A stretch of DNA of 19,652 bases, taken from positions 1 through 19,652 of the forward strand of contig JBHIAI010000022.1 of assembly GCA_046861655.1 (NCBI GenBank). The letters run 5' to 3'. Under the pieces are notes generated by a model. The model searched no databases and was not told the origin of the DNA. It saw only the letters and a list, made by a program, of their open reading frames with translations. Made by a program: the position numbers and the translations under genes. The DNA is from Fidelibacterota bacterium (GTDB lineage: Bacteria; Fidelibacterota; Marinisomatia; Marinisomatales; S15-B10). Below are positions 7,821-15,526 of this stretch, piece by piece; within the stretch, counting starts at the first letter, position 1; every line of letters starts with the position of its first letter.

Positions 7821-9211
7821 TTCACCAGCGCCTCCCAGCGGATCCCGGATAGCCAATCCTCCAGGCGACGGCTGAGGTAGTCCCTCACGGGTTCCGGGGG
7901 AATATCCTGGATGACCTCGGCGGCGAATCCGGTGGCGAGCAGGGTCTTGGCGGATACCGCATCCAGGCCCCGGGACTGGAGGTAGAAAGTGGCCTCCTTG
8001 TCCAGTTGGCCAGTAGTGGAACCGTGGGTGCAGCGGACATCGTCCGCATTGATCTCAAGTTGTGGATTGGAATTGACCAGGGCCTCGTTGGTGAGCAGAA
8101 GGTTTCGATTCTCCTGATCGGCATTGGTCTTCTGGGCATCCTGTTGGACACGTATCCGTCCGTTGAACACCCCGTGTGACCGGTCGCCGTGAATCCCTTT
8201 GTATAATTGGTGACTGGTACCATGTGGCTTTTCGTGACTGACAAAGGTGTGGTTGTCTACGTGCTGCCGGCCCCTGGCCAGGACCAGGCCGTTCAGGATG
8301 CATTCACACCCCTCTCCGTCCAGACGGGTGTTGGCGTCGTTCCGGGTCAGCTTCCCACCCATGACCACCGACCAGGCCGAAACGGTACTGTTTTCGAGTT
8401 GAAAGGTATCGGTGGTGGCGATGCGGTAGGCTTCCTCCGAACCCTCTTGCAGCTTCACATAACAGAGCTTGGCATTCTCGCTCACTACGATTTCCGTCAC
8501 CTGATTGATCAGGGTATCATACTCGGACAGCCCCACATAATGTTCCACCACCGTGATCTCACTGCCGGGTTCCGCCCAGATGAGGTGTCTCAAGTGGTAC
8601 GCCCTGCGAGGTCCGGGAGGATCGGAGACGGCCATCACGTGGACGGGTCTGTCCAGTACCGTATTCTCCGGGACATGGATGAACACACCGTCGGCCATGA
8701 ACGCTGTGTTGAGGGCCACCAGGGCTTGATTGTGATAATCGGCAATCTGCCCCAGATGGAGGGAAAGGCGCTCCGCATCCCCGTGGATGGCTTCTGCCAG
8801 GCTTCCGATTTCGATGCCGCCCTGGCGAGATGGGAGCGAGGATAGGGTCCGGTCAAAGCGACCGTTCACCACCACCACCCGGTAGAAATCGCCCATGACG
8901 TAGGGGTTCAACCTCGCTCCATCGAGCTCCGCCGGCTCATCCGGCAGGCGGCGGTAGGCCTCCCGGGCCATGGTATGAATATCCGTATGCTTCCAGTTTT
9001 CCAGCGCCGGAGTCGGGAAACCCAGTTCGGTAAACCGGTTCATCCCTGCCTGGCGCAATTGGGAAATGACGGCAGGTTCACCCGAGAATTCTCCCTTTTT
9101 GAGCGACCTGAAATCCTTGAGGTAAAGGCCCACGGTTTCATCCGGCGTTGGTTCCCTGGACCGGGGGTTCTTGGCGGCCTTCCGGGTTACGGTTTCTGAT
9201 GTCTCAGCCAC
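7817..9211 (-). CDS. sufD: Fe-S cluster assembly protein SufD (464 aa)
   Basis: ENWKHT, QLYKGI, VFNGRI, AQKT, PQLEINADDVRCTHG and FYLQSRG motifs. Confidence 0.95.
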   Translation of the reverse strand: MAETSETVTRKAAKNPRSREPTPDETVGLYLKDFRSLKKGEFSGEPAVISQLRQAGMNRFTELGFPTPALENWKHTDIHTMAREAYRRLPDEPAELDGARLNPYVMGDFYRVVVVNGRFDRTLSSLPSRQGGIEIGSLAEAIHGDAERLSLHLGQIADYHNQALVALNTAFMADGVFIHVPENTVLDRPVHVMAVSDPPGPRRAYHLRHLIWAEPGSEITVVEHYVGLSEYDTLINQVTEIVVSENAKLCYVKLQEGSEEAYRIATTDTFQLENSTVSAWSVVMGGKLTRNDANTRLDGEGCECILNGLVLARGRQHVDNHTFVSHEKPHGTSHQLYKGIHGDRSHGVFNGRIRVQQDAQKTNADQENRNLLLTNEALVNSNPQLEINADDVRCTHGSTTGQLDKEATFYLQSRGLDAVSAKTLLATGFAAEVIQDIPPEPVRDYLSRRLEDWLSGIRWEALVK

Positions 9212-9217
9212 AGGTTT

Positions 9218-9982
9218 CTAAGCCTCCCGAGCCTCCTTTTTCTCGAGCCAGGCGTACCCTTTTTGTTCCAGTTCGTGGGCCAGCTCTTTGCCTCCGGACA
9301 GGACGATCCTTCCGTCAAGAAGCACATGGACGTGGTCCGGCTCCATGTACTGAAGGATCCGCTGATAGTGGGTGATGACAACGATTGCCCTGTCGTCGTT
9401 GAGGAAGTTGTTCACCCCGTTGGCCACGATTCTGACCGCATCGATATCGAGACCGGAGTCGGTCTCATCCAGGACGGCAAGTTTCGGGTCCAACATCAGC
9501 ATCTGAAGGATTTCGTGACGCTTTTTCTCCCCGCCGGAAAAGCCGTCGTTCACCGACCGGGTAAGATAGGATTTGTCCATCTGAACCACCTTCATTTTCT
9601 CGTGGATGAGATCGAGAAAATCAGTGGCGTCCGTCTCCTCCTCACCACGGTACCTGAGTACGGAATTCAGGGCCGATCTCAGGAAATAGGCTACGTTTAC
9701 TCCAGGAACCACCACTGGATACTGGAAGGCCATAAAGAGACCTTCCAACGCCCGTTTGTCGGGACTCATCTCAAGGAGGTCCTGGCCCTGGAATGTGACG
9801 GTTCCGGAAGTGACCTGGTACAGATCCCGGCCGGCCAGAACCTGAGCCAGGGTACTCTTCCCCGAGCCGTTGGGTCCCATGACGGCGTGGAGTTCTCCCG
9901 TCTTAACCGTGAGGTTAATGCCTTTGAGTATCTCCATCCCTTCAGTGGCTACAGAAAGATTCTTGATTTCCAACATAGTCAT
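9218..9982 (-). CDS. sufC: Fe-S cluster assembly ATPase SufC (254 aa)
   Basis: Walker A GPNGSGKST, FSGGEKKR, LDETDSGLD and ITHYQRIL motifs. Confidence 0.96.
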   Translation of the reverse strand: MTMLEIKNLSVATEGMEILKGINLTVKTGELHAVMGPNGSGKSTLAQVLAGRDLYQVTSGTVTFQGQDLLEMSPDKRALEGLFMAFQYPVVVPGVNVAYFLRSALNSVLRYRGEEETDATDFLDLIHEKMKVVQMDKSYLTRSVNDGFSGGEKKRHEILQMLMLDPKLAVLDETDSGLDIDAVRIVANGVNNFLNDDRAIVVITHYQRILQYMEPDHVHVLLDGRIVLSGGKELAHELEQKGYAWLEKKEAREA

Positions 9983-10001
9983 AGGTCTGTACGCGATGAA
10001 T

Positions 10002-10029
10002 TTAAGGCATCAGGAGTCAGGAATAAAGA
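10002..10029. repeat. Short degenerate 7-nt tandem repeat in the sufB-sufC spacer
   Basis: ttaaggc/atcagga/gtcagga/ataaaga. The 9-mer ggagtcagg is shared with 2884-2892. Confidence 0.45.
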
Positions 10030-10063
10030 AGCCGTGGACGGAGGAAGGCCCGGGGGCCTGCGA

Positions 10064-11524
10064 CTATCCCACACTCCCTTCCATACTCACCTCCAGAAGC
10101 CGCTGCGCCTCCACGGCAAACTCCATGGGCAGTTCGTGAAAAACCTCCTTGCAAAAGCCGTTGATGATCATGGAAACGGCGTCGTCATTGGGAATGCCCC
10201 GTTGATTGCAGTAGAACAGCTGGTCCTCACCGATGGTGGACGTGGAAGCCTCGTGTTCCATCTGGGCCGATGGGTTGCGCACGTCGATGTAAGGAAATGT
10301 ATGGGCCCCACACCGGTCGCCGATGAGCATGGAATCGCACTGGGAATAATTCCGGGCGTTGTCCGCCCCCTTCAGGATTCTCACCATTCCCCGGTAAGTA
10401 TTCTGGCCCCGGCCGGCCGAAATCCCCTTGCTGATGATGGTGCTCCGTGTATTCTTTCCGATATGAATCATTTTTGTTCCCGTATCCGCCTGCTGGAAGT
10501 TATTGGTGAGGGCCACGGAGTAGAATTCTCCGACGGAATTGTCTCCCTTTAAGATACACCCGGGGTATTTCCAGGTTATGGCAGACCCGGTTTCCACCTG
10601 AGTCCACGAAATCTTGGAGTTGTTCCCGGCGCATTTTCCCCGTTTGGTGACAAAATTGTAGATGCCCCCTTTGCCTTTCTCATCTCCAGGGTACCAGTTT
10701 TGAATGGTGGAATACTTGATTTCAGCATTGTCCAGAGCCACCAGTTCCACCACGGCCGCATGAAGCTGGTTTTCGTCCCTCATGGGGGCTGTGCATCCCT
10801 CAAGGTAACTGACATAACTGCCCTCATCGGCTATGACGAGCGTCCGCTCGAACTGCCCGGTCTGGGCCGCATTGATCCGGAAATAGGTGGAAAGCTCAAG
10901 AGGACACCTTACCCCCTTGGGGACGTACACAAAGCTTCCATCGGAAAAGACCGCTGAATTCAGGGAAGCGAAAAAGTTATCGGTGTGGGGAACCACTGTG
11001 CCCAGGTATTTCTTAACGAGCTCCGGGTGGTTCTGAACCGCTTCAGAGAACGAACAAAAGATCACCCCGTATTTCTTCAGCTCTTCCTTAAAGGTGGTGG
11101 CTACAGACACGCTGTCGAACACGGCGTCCACTGCCACCCCGGCCAGCCTTTTCTGTTCCTCCAGGGGGATCCCCAGTTTTTCGTAGGTTCTCAGCAGCTC
11201 GGGATCAACTTCTTCCAGGGTCTTAGGTCCTTCCCCCTTTTTTTTCGGGGCGGCGTAGTAGCTGATGGCCTGGTAGTCGATGGGCGGATAGTGAATGTTC
11301 GCCCATCGGGGTTCCGCCTGAGCCTTCTCCTGTTTGGTCCAGTGGCGAAAGGCCTTCAGACGCCACTGAAGCATAAAACGGGGCTCGTTCTTTATGGCGG
11401 AAATCAGCCGGACGACGTCCTCATTCAACCCCGGGGGGATCATCTCCTGCTCAATATCGGTGACGAACCCGTACTTATAAGCCTGTGAAATCCGGTCCTG
11501 AATGACCTGAGTGTCCGTTGCCAT
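10064..11524 (-). CDS. sufB: Fe-S cluster assembly protein SufB (486 aa)
   Basis: [37 protein letters not shown] and EHEAST motifs, ending EGSVG. The start was set at ATG 11524. Confidence 0.97.
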   Translation of the reverse strand: MATDTQVIQDRISQAYKYGFVTDIEQEMIPPGLNEDVVRLISAIKNEPRFMLQWRLKAFRHWTKQEKAQAEPRWANIHYPPIDYQAISYYAAPKKKGEGPKTLEEVDPELLRTYEKLGIPLEEQKRLAGVAVDAVFDSVSVATTFKEELKKYGVIFCSFSEAVQNHPELVKKYLGTVVPHTDNFFASLNSAVFSDGSFVYVPKGVRCPLELSTYFRINAAQTGQFERTLVIADEGSYVSYLEGCTAPMRDENQLHAAVVELVALDNAEIKYSTIQNWYPGDEKGKGGIYNFVTKRGKCAGNNSKISWTQVETGSAITWKYPGCILKGDNSVGEFYSVALTNNFQQADTGTKMIHIGKNTRSTIISKGISAGRGQNTYRGMVRILKGADNARNYSQCDSMLIGDRCGAHTFPYIDVRNPSAQMEHEASTSTIGEDQLFYCNQRGIPNDDAVSMIINGFCKEVFHELPMEFAVEAQRLLEVSMEGSVG

Positions 11525-11540
11525 GACTGCCCTTGGTTTC

Positions 11541-11622
11541 AACGTCGGACGTCAAACGTTGAACGATAGACGTTTCTCCCCGTTTCTCCAGTGCTCCATT
11601 TCTCCGCGACCCCGGTTTTCCC
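11541..11622. repeat. Degenerate 7- and 8-nt tandem repeats in the sufB leader
   Basis: 11541-11575: aacgtcg/gacgtca/aacgttg/aacgata/gacgttt. 11583-11622: tttctcca/gtgctcca/tttctccg/cgaccccg/gttttccc. Confidence 0.7.
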
Positions 11623-11638
11623 CACGTTCTTACCCTGG

Positions 11639-11667
11639 ACCTTACGAAACTGCCGGCCCTTCATCAA
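11639..11667 (-). promoter_or_regulatory. Possible sigma70 promoter upstream of sufB
   Basis: Minus strand TTGATG (11667-11662), 17 bp, TAAGGT (11644-11639). Confidence 0.4.
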
Positions 11668-11697
11668 GATGAATAAGAGGATACCGGTCCTGTGGGG

Positions 11698-11952
11698 TCA
11701 CGATACACCGCTGGCCACCTTGATGGCATGATTCGGATTGTCCCCACAGTCGGGACACACCTGTGGAACGCATCCGATGGAAGGAAAATCTTCGAGTTTT
11801 CTCCATACCCAGGCCCCATGGCTTCTTCTCCGCTTCCGGATGGTATTGCTCCGCCAGTCTTCCCACACCGTATGGCAGCGGGGACAGACCCGGGGGGTCC
11901 TGGCCACCGTTTTATGGGTTCGGTTCCTGTTTTCTAGATGGGTTTCGGACAT
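11698..11952 (-). CDS. Small hypothetical protein with two CxxC motifs (84 aa), possible zinc-ribbon or metal-binding protein
   Basis: CPRC and CPDC motifs plus one extra Cys. AAGGTG precedes ATG 11952. Co-oriented between amrS and sufB. Confidence 0.6.
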   Translation of the reverse strand: MSETHLENRNRTHKTVARTPRVCPRCHTVWEDWRSNTIRKRRRSHGAWVWRKLEDFPSIGCVPQVCPDCGDNPNHAIKVASGVS

Positions 11953-12105
11953 CGGCAAACACCTTGTAAGAATAGATCCGGATTCAACATCGATTCATGG
12001 TTTCGGGACCCCGAATCTTGCGGGGGATTACCACGCTTGTCCCCACTTAGCCGGGAGCCACTCGTGATGACAAGAGTACCGAAAGGGCTGTTCTTAGACA
12101 CAAAT

Positions 12106-13119
12106 CTAATTCCAGATGATGGGAATCCTTTCCCCGCACTCGCAGGTCTCATCGCGAATCCCCTGCCTGACGATCTTGTGCCAGTTCCGAACGATCAGGG
12201 AACGGTGACATTGAGGGCAGTAGGTGGTCTGACCGTCGGAATCGAACACATTCCCCACGTAGACGTACTTCATCCCTTTCTCCATGGCCAGAGTTCTGGC
12301 ATTCCGGAGGGTCGCATGGGGAGTCGGGGGTGTATCCATCATCTTGAAGTCGGGGTGAAACGCGGTGAAGTGCACAGGGACCTCGTCGCCTACGTTCTCC
12401 AGAATCCAGTCCACCATCCTGTCAATTTCATCCATTCCGTCATTGTGTCCCGGAATGATTAAGTTGGTGATTTCCGTCCACACCTCTGTATCGTTCACGA
12501 GCCACACGATGGTATCCAGCACATCCGTCAGGTGGGAAAACGTGAGCTTGTGATAGAACGTATCTGTGAAGGCTTTCAGGTCCACGTTGGCAGCGTCGAT
12601 CAGGGGATAGATTTCCTCCCGGGCATGGGGGGTGATGTAGCCGGCCGTCACCATCACATTCTTGATGCCTACCTCCCGGGCGACCCTGGCGATATCCATC
12701 ACCCATTCCCCCCAAATGGTGGGGTCGTTGTACGTGTAGGCAATACTGGGACAGTTGTGTTTTAACGCAATCCGAACCACCTCATCCGGGGTGGCAGTTA
12801 CGGAGCGGGTTTCATCCAGTTTCGCCTTGGATATGTCCCAGTTCTGGCAGAACCGGCATCCGAGGTTGCACCCCGCCGTTCCAAAACTCAGCACTGGCGA
12901 ACCGGGCAAGAAGTGGTTCAGCGGCTTTTTTTCTATGGGATCTACGGCAAATCCCGTGGACGTTCCGTAGGCGGCCTGGTAGAGCTTGCCCCGCTTGTTT
13001 TTCCTGACAAAGCAAAAGCCGTTCTGTCCCTCCCCGATCTTGCAGTACCGGGGACACAGCGTACAGAGAACCTTACCGTTTTCCAGAGGTTCCCACCATT
13101 TGGCTAGTATCTCTGGCAT
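12106..13119 (-). CDS. amrS: AmmeMemoRadiSam-system radical SAM enzyme (PflA-like; 337 aa)
   Basis: N-terminal CTLCPRYC..GFC, DPIEKKPLNHF, radical SAM CNLGCRFC-QNWDIS, AYTYNDP, AFHPDF, YVYVGNV and C-terminal CPQC..CECG. The start was reassigned to ATG 13119. Confidence 0.9.
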   Translation of the reverse strand: MPEILAKWWEPLENGKVLCTLCPRYCKIGEGQNGFCFVRKNKRGKLYQAAYGTSTGFAVDPIEKKPLNHFLPGSPVLSFGTAGCNLGCRFCQNWDISKAKLDETRSVTATPDEVVRIALKHNCPSIAYTYNDPTIWGEWVMDIARVAREVGIKNVMVTAGYITPHAREEIYPLIDAANVDLKAFTDTFYHKLTFSHLTDVLDTIVWLVNDTEVWTEITNLIIPGHNDGMDEIDRMVDWILENVGDEVPVHFTAFHPDFKMMDTPPTPHATLRNARTLAMEKGMKYVYVGNVFDSDGQTTYCPQCHRSLIVRNWHKIVRQGIRDETCECGERIPIIWN

Positions 13120-13133
13120 GCCCTGTTCAAACC

Positions 13134-13436
13134 CTACGGTGCCGTCTGACCAAAATGCTCGTAGTTCTTGGCGATATAGTCGTGCCACTCCTCCGGGACT
13201 TCACTTTCTTCAAAGATTGCCTCCACCGGACACTCCGGTTCGCAAGCGCCGCAATCGATGCATTCCTCCGGGTTGATGTAGAGCTGAAGACCTTCTATGC
13301 TTTCGCCGGCGTCGATTTTCTTCTTTACGTCCTCCCCCATGTCGTCCTGGGTGAAATGAATGCAATCCACCGGACACACTTCCACACAGGCGGTGTCGCA
13401 AACGCCCACACAGGGCTCAGCTATGATGTAGGTCAT
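13134..13436 (-). CDS. Dicluster ferredoxin, FdxA/7Fe-like (100 aa)
   Basis: MTYIIAEPC, ACVEVCPVDCI and LYINPEECIDCGACEPECPVEAI motifs. GAGGA ribosome-binding site. Confidence 0.93.
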   Translation of the reverse strand: MTYIIAEPCVGVCDTACVEVCPVDCIHFTQDDMGEDVKKKIDAGESIEGLQLYINPEECIDCGACEPECPVEAIFEESEVPEEWHDYIAKNYEHFGQTAP

Positions 13437-13492
13437 ATTGTCCTCTCTGGTTCAGTTAACAATCAGGACACGGATTGGTTTCGAATCATGGG

Positions 13493-13547
13493 AAATAGGA
13501 GCATTTTTGTCGTATTTAATTTACGACACCCCAAGTCCGGATTTCAA
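13493..13547 (-). promoter_or_regulatory. Ferredoxin promoter overlapped by two tandem IscR/Rrf2-type operators
   Basis: Minus strand TTGAAA, 18 bp, TAAATT. The 25-bp sites are 13493-13517 (AAATAGGAG-N7-GTCGTATTT) and 13519-13543 (ATTTACGAC-N7-GTCCGGATT). The first matches the rrf2 operator at 17 of 25 positions. Confidence 0.65.
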
Positions 13548-13572
13548 GCGTTATCTGGCTTTCGTTCCGAGG

Positions 13573-13600
13573 AAAGCGGCGGGAATCGATTCCACCGCTC
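13573..13600 (-). terminator. Probable intrinsic terminator hairpin after selD
   Basis: Minus strand GAGCGGTGGAA-TCGA-TTCCCGCCGCTTT immediately follows the selD stop. The U tract is short. Confidence 0.5.
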
Positions 13601-14656
13601 TCATGACCGTATGACAGAAATGGCGGTTTCTCCTCTGGTCTGGATGGACCCCACCTTGCAGGCAGAAAAGGGGGACTGGCCGTTGAACCGGGCCAGGAAA
13701 TCGTCGGCTCCCTTTTCCGGCAGGGACAGGAGCAACCCCCCGGACGTCTGGGCATCCGCGGCCATGAGCCTGTGGTGATGGGCCAGAGTAGAATCGAACC
13801 GGGTATGAGGTTCGACGAACGAAAGGTTCCGGCGAGTGCCCCCTGGGATCGTCCCCTTTCTGGCCAGGTCTTCCACCCCCTCGAGAAAGCGGAGCTGGTC
13901 AAAAGATACCGTGGCCGAAACGTGGCTTGCCCGGCACAATTCCAGAAGATGTCCCAGGAACCCGTATCCCGTGACGTCGGTTGCGGCATGAACGCCGCAC
14001 TGAATCATCAGGCGCGAGGCATGGTCATTGAGAGCGGTCATGAGGGACGTGGCGGTCTCGATCTGACCCTTCGAGGCCGTCGCCCGTTTGATGGCGGTGG
14101 AAATGATGCCGGTCCCCAGGGGTTTGGTCAGGACCAAAACGTCACCCGGCTGGGAGGTGGAGTGTCTGATGAGTCTATCCAGGTCCACCTGGCCGGTGAC
14201 CACCAGGCCGTATTTGGGCTCTCTGTCATCGATGGTGTGACCCCCCACGATGGGAATCCCCGCTTCCCGGGCTTTGTCCATGCCCCCTTTGAGGATCCGG
14301 GCCATCACGTCGGTGGAAAACCCTTCGGCGGGAAAGGCCGCGATGTTCAGGGCGAAAAGAGGCACACCGCCCATGGCATAAATATCTGACAAGGCATTCG
14401 CGGCGGCAATCTGGCCAAAATCATAGGGATCATCCACCACGGGAGTGAAGAAATCGACAGTCTGCACCATGGCCCTGTTTCCTTCCAGGCGTACCACGGC
14501 GGCGTCGTCGTGACCGTCGAATCCCACGATCACGCGCTCATCATCGACCGCAGGCAGCTGACTCAGAACCTGAGCCAGGGCTTCGGGACCGAGCTTACAG
14601 GCTCAGCCCGAGCCGTGACTCAAGGTGGTCAGTCGCTTCATCTCATCAGATGCCAT
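13601..14656 (-). CDS. selD: Selenide, water dikinase (selenophosphate synthetase), selenocysteine-containing (351 aa, Sec18)
   Basis: The ORF track gives only the C-terminal 310 aa (DDAAV, TVDFFTP, ANALSDIYAMGG, GGHT, TDVTG, AQTSGGLL). The upstream frame reads MASDEMKRLTTLSHGSG-TGA-ACKLGP, which places TGA (14605-14603) at the catalytic Cys/Sec position of the UxxK motif. Confidence 0.95.
14558..14578 (-). other. Bacterial SECIS element of selD
   Basis: CTGGCTCAG-GTT-CTGAGTCAG forms a 9-bp stem with one G-U pair and a G-first apical loop. It begins 24 nt after the UGA. Confidence 0.75.
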
Positions 14657-14676
14657 AGACTGCAGTGAACAGCGGA

Positions 14677-15495
14677 CTAAACCTGATCCACCAGGCCCTG
14701 ACTGAACTTCTTGACGTCTTCGATGGTCTGGATATCCAGGTCTTTCAGATAATCCAGATGGACTGACCTGAAGGTGTACTGAAGGTGAAGCTGATTCAGG
14801 TAGTCTTTCAGGGTTTCCGGAAAATGCATGGTCTTGAGGACGATGGCTTTCAGGGGGAATTCGGGGATGGTCTTATCCAGCGAATGGAGAGTCAGATTGT
14901 TCTCCCTGATTTCTTTTCTCACCTGGCGGATGCGGGAAAGGCGAACGGGGGAGAGGAATTCCCATGGTGCCGTCTCGTCCCTGATGCTCTCTAGAAATCC
15001 GTATCCCTTCTTGAATGCCGTCAGGAACAACTGGCCGTAGACCCGTCCCTTGAGGTTCCTGGAAAGGAAAGAATCGACTTCCTGTTTCCGTTCTTCCACG
15101 AATCTATGCCAGATGCGGAAGTAGGGACGGTAAAGAAAAAAGCCAAAAGGTGTCTTGAACGAGTTTCTGGTGTTGAAAAAACTCTTCGCATCATAGGCCC
15201 GATTACGGAGGTGATGGCGTATTTCATGGGGAAACAGGTGGAAGGTGTCGGAAGATGAATCGATGGCCTCTTCCAGAATGAAATCGTCCGGGATTTCCAG
15301 CTCTCTGGGATGGACTGAATACGATTTTTCCACCCCGTGGACGGTGATGGAAATAAACGCACCCAGGTCGCTCATTTTGATCAGATTGTCCAGGGCCCTA
15401 TCAAACTGGGGCAGGGTGGTGATGGATGGAAAGGAGGAGCTCTGAAACAGGTCTGGAAAGAAGGAGAGCTGACCGATGGTTCGGGATTTGAACAT
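14677..15495 (-). CDS. Hypothetical protein (272 aa)
   Basis: Long ORF filling the gap, ending 20 bp upstream of the selD ATG, with its own predicted promoter. No family recognised with confidence. Confidence 0.8.
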   Translation of the reverse strand: MFKSRTIGQLSFFPDLFQSSSFPSITTLPQFDRALDNLIKMSDLGAFISITVHGVEKSYSVHPRELEIPDDFILEEAIDSSSDTFHLFPHEIRHHLRNRAYDAKSFFNTRNSFKTPFGFFLYRPYFRIWHRFVEERKQEVDSFLSRNLKGRVYGQLFLTAFKKGYGFLESIRDETAPWEFLSPVRLSRIRQVRKEIRENNLTLHSLDKTIPEFPLKAIVLKTMHFPETLKDYLNQLHLQYTFRSVHLDYLKDLDIQTIEDVKKFSQGLVDQV

Positions 15496-15526
15496 GGTTA
15501 GGGGTGTAGGGTCGAATCCTATGCTC

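Noticed and set aside
9263..10552. 429-aa plus-strand ORF
   Set aside because: It is an antisense shadow of the highly conserved sufC and sufB genes.
11525..11700. Sec read-through of the TGA ending the 4-Cys protein
   Set aside because: The TGA is not in a Cys-like motif, no convincing SECIS hairpin follows, and the extension runs into tandem repeats.
13601..14656. selD as a nonsense-mutated pseudogene
   Set aside because: The single TGA falls exactly at the catalytic Cys/Sec position and is followed by a SECIS-like hairpin. The rest of the gene is intact.
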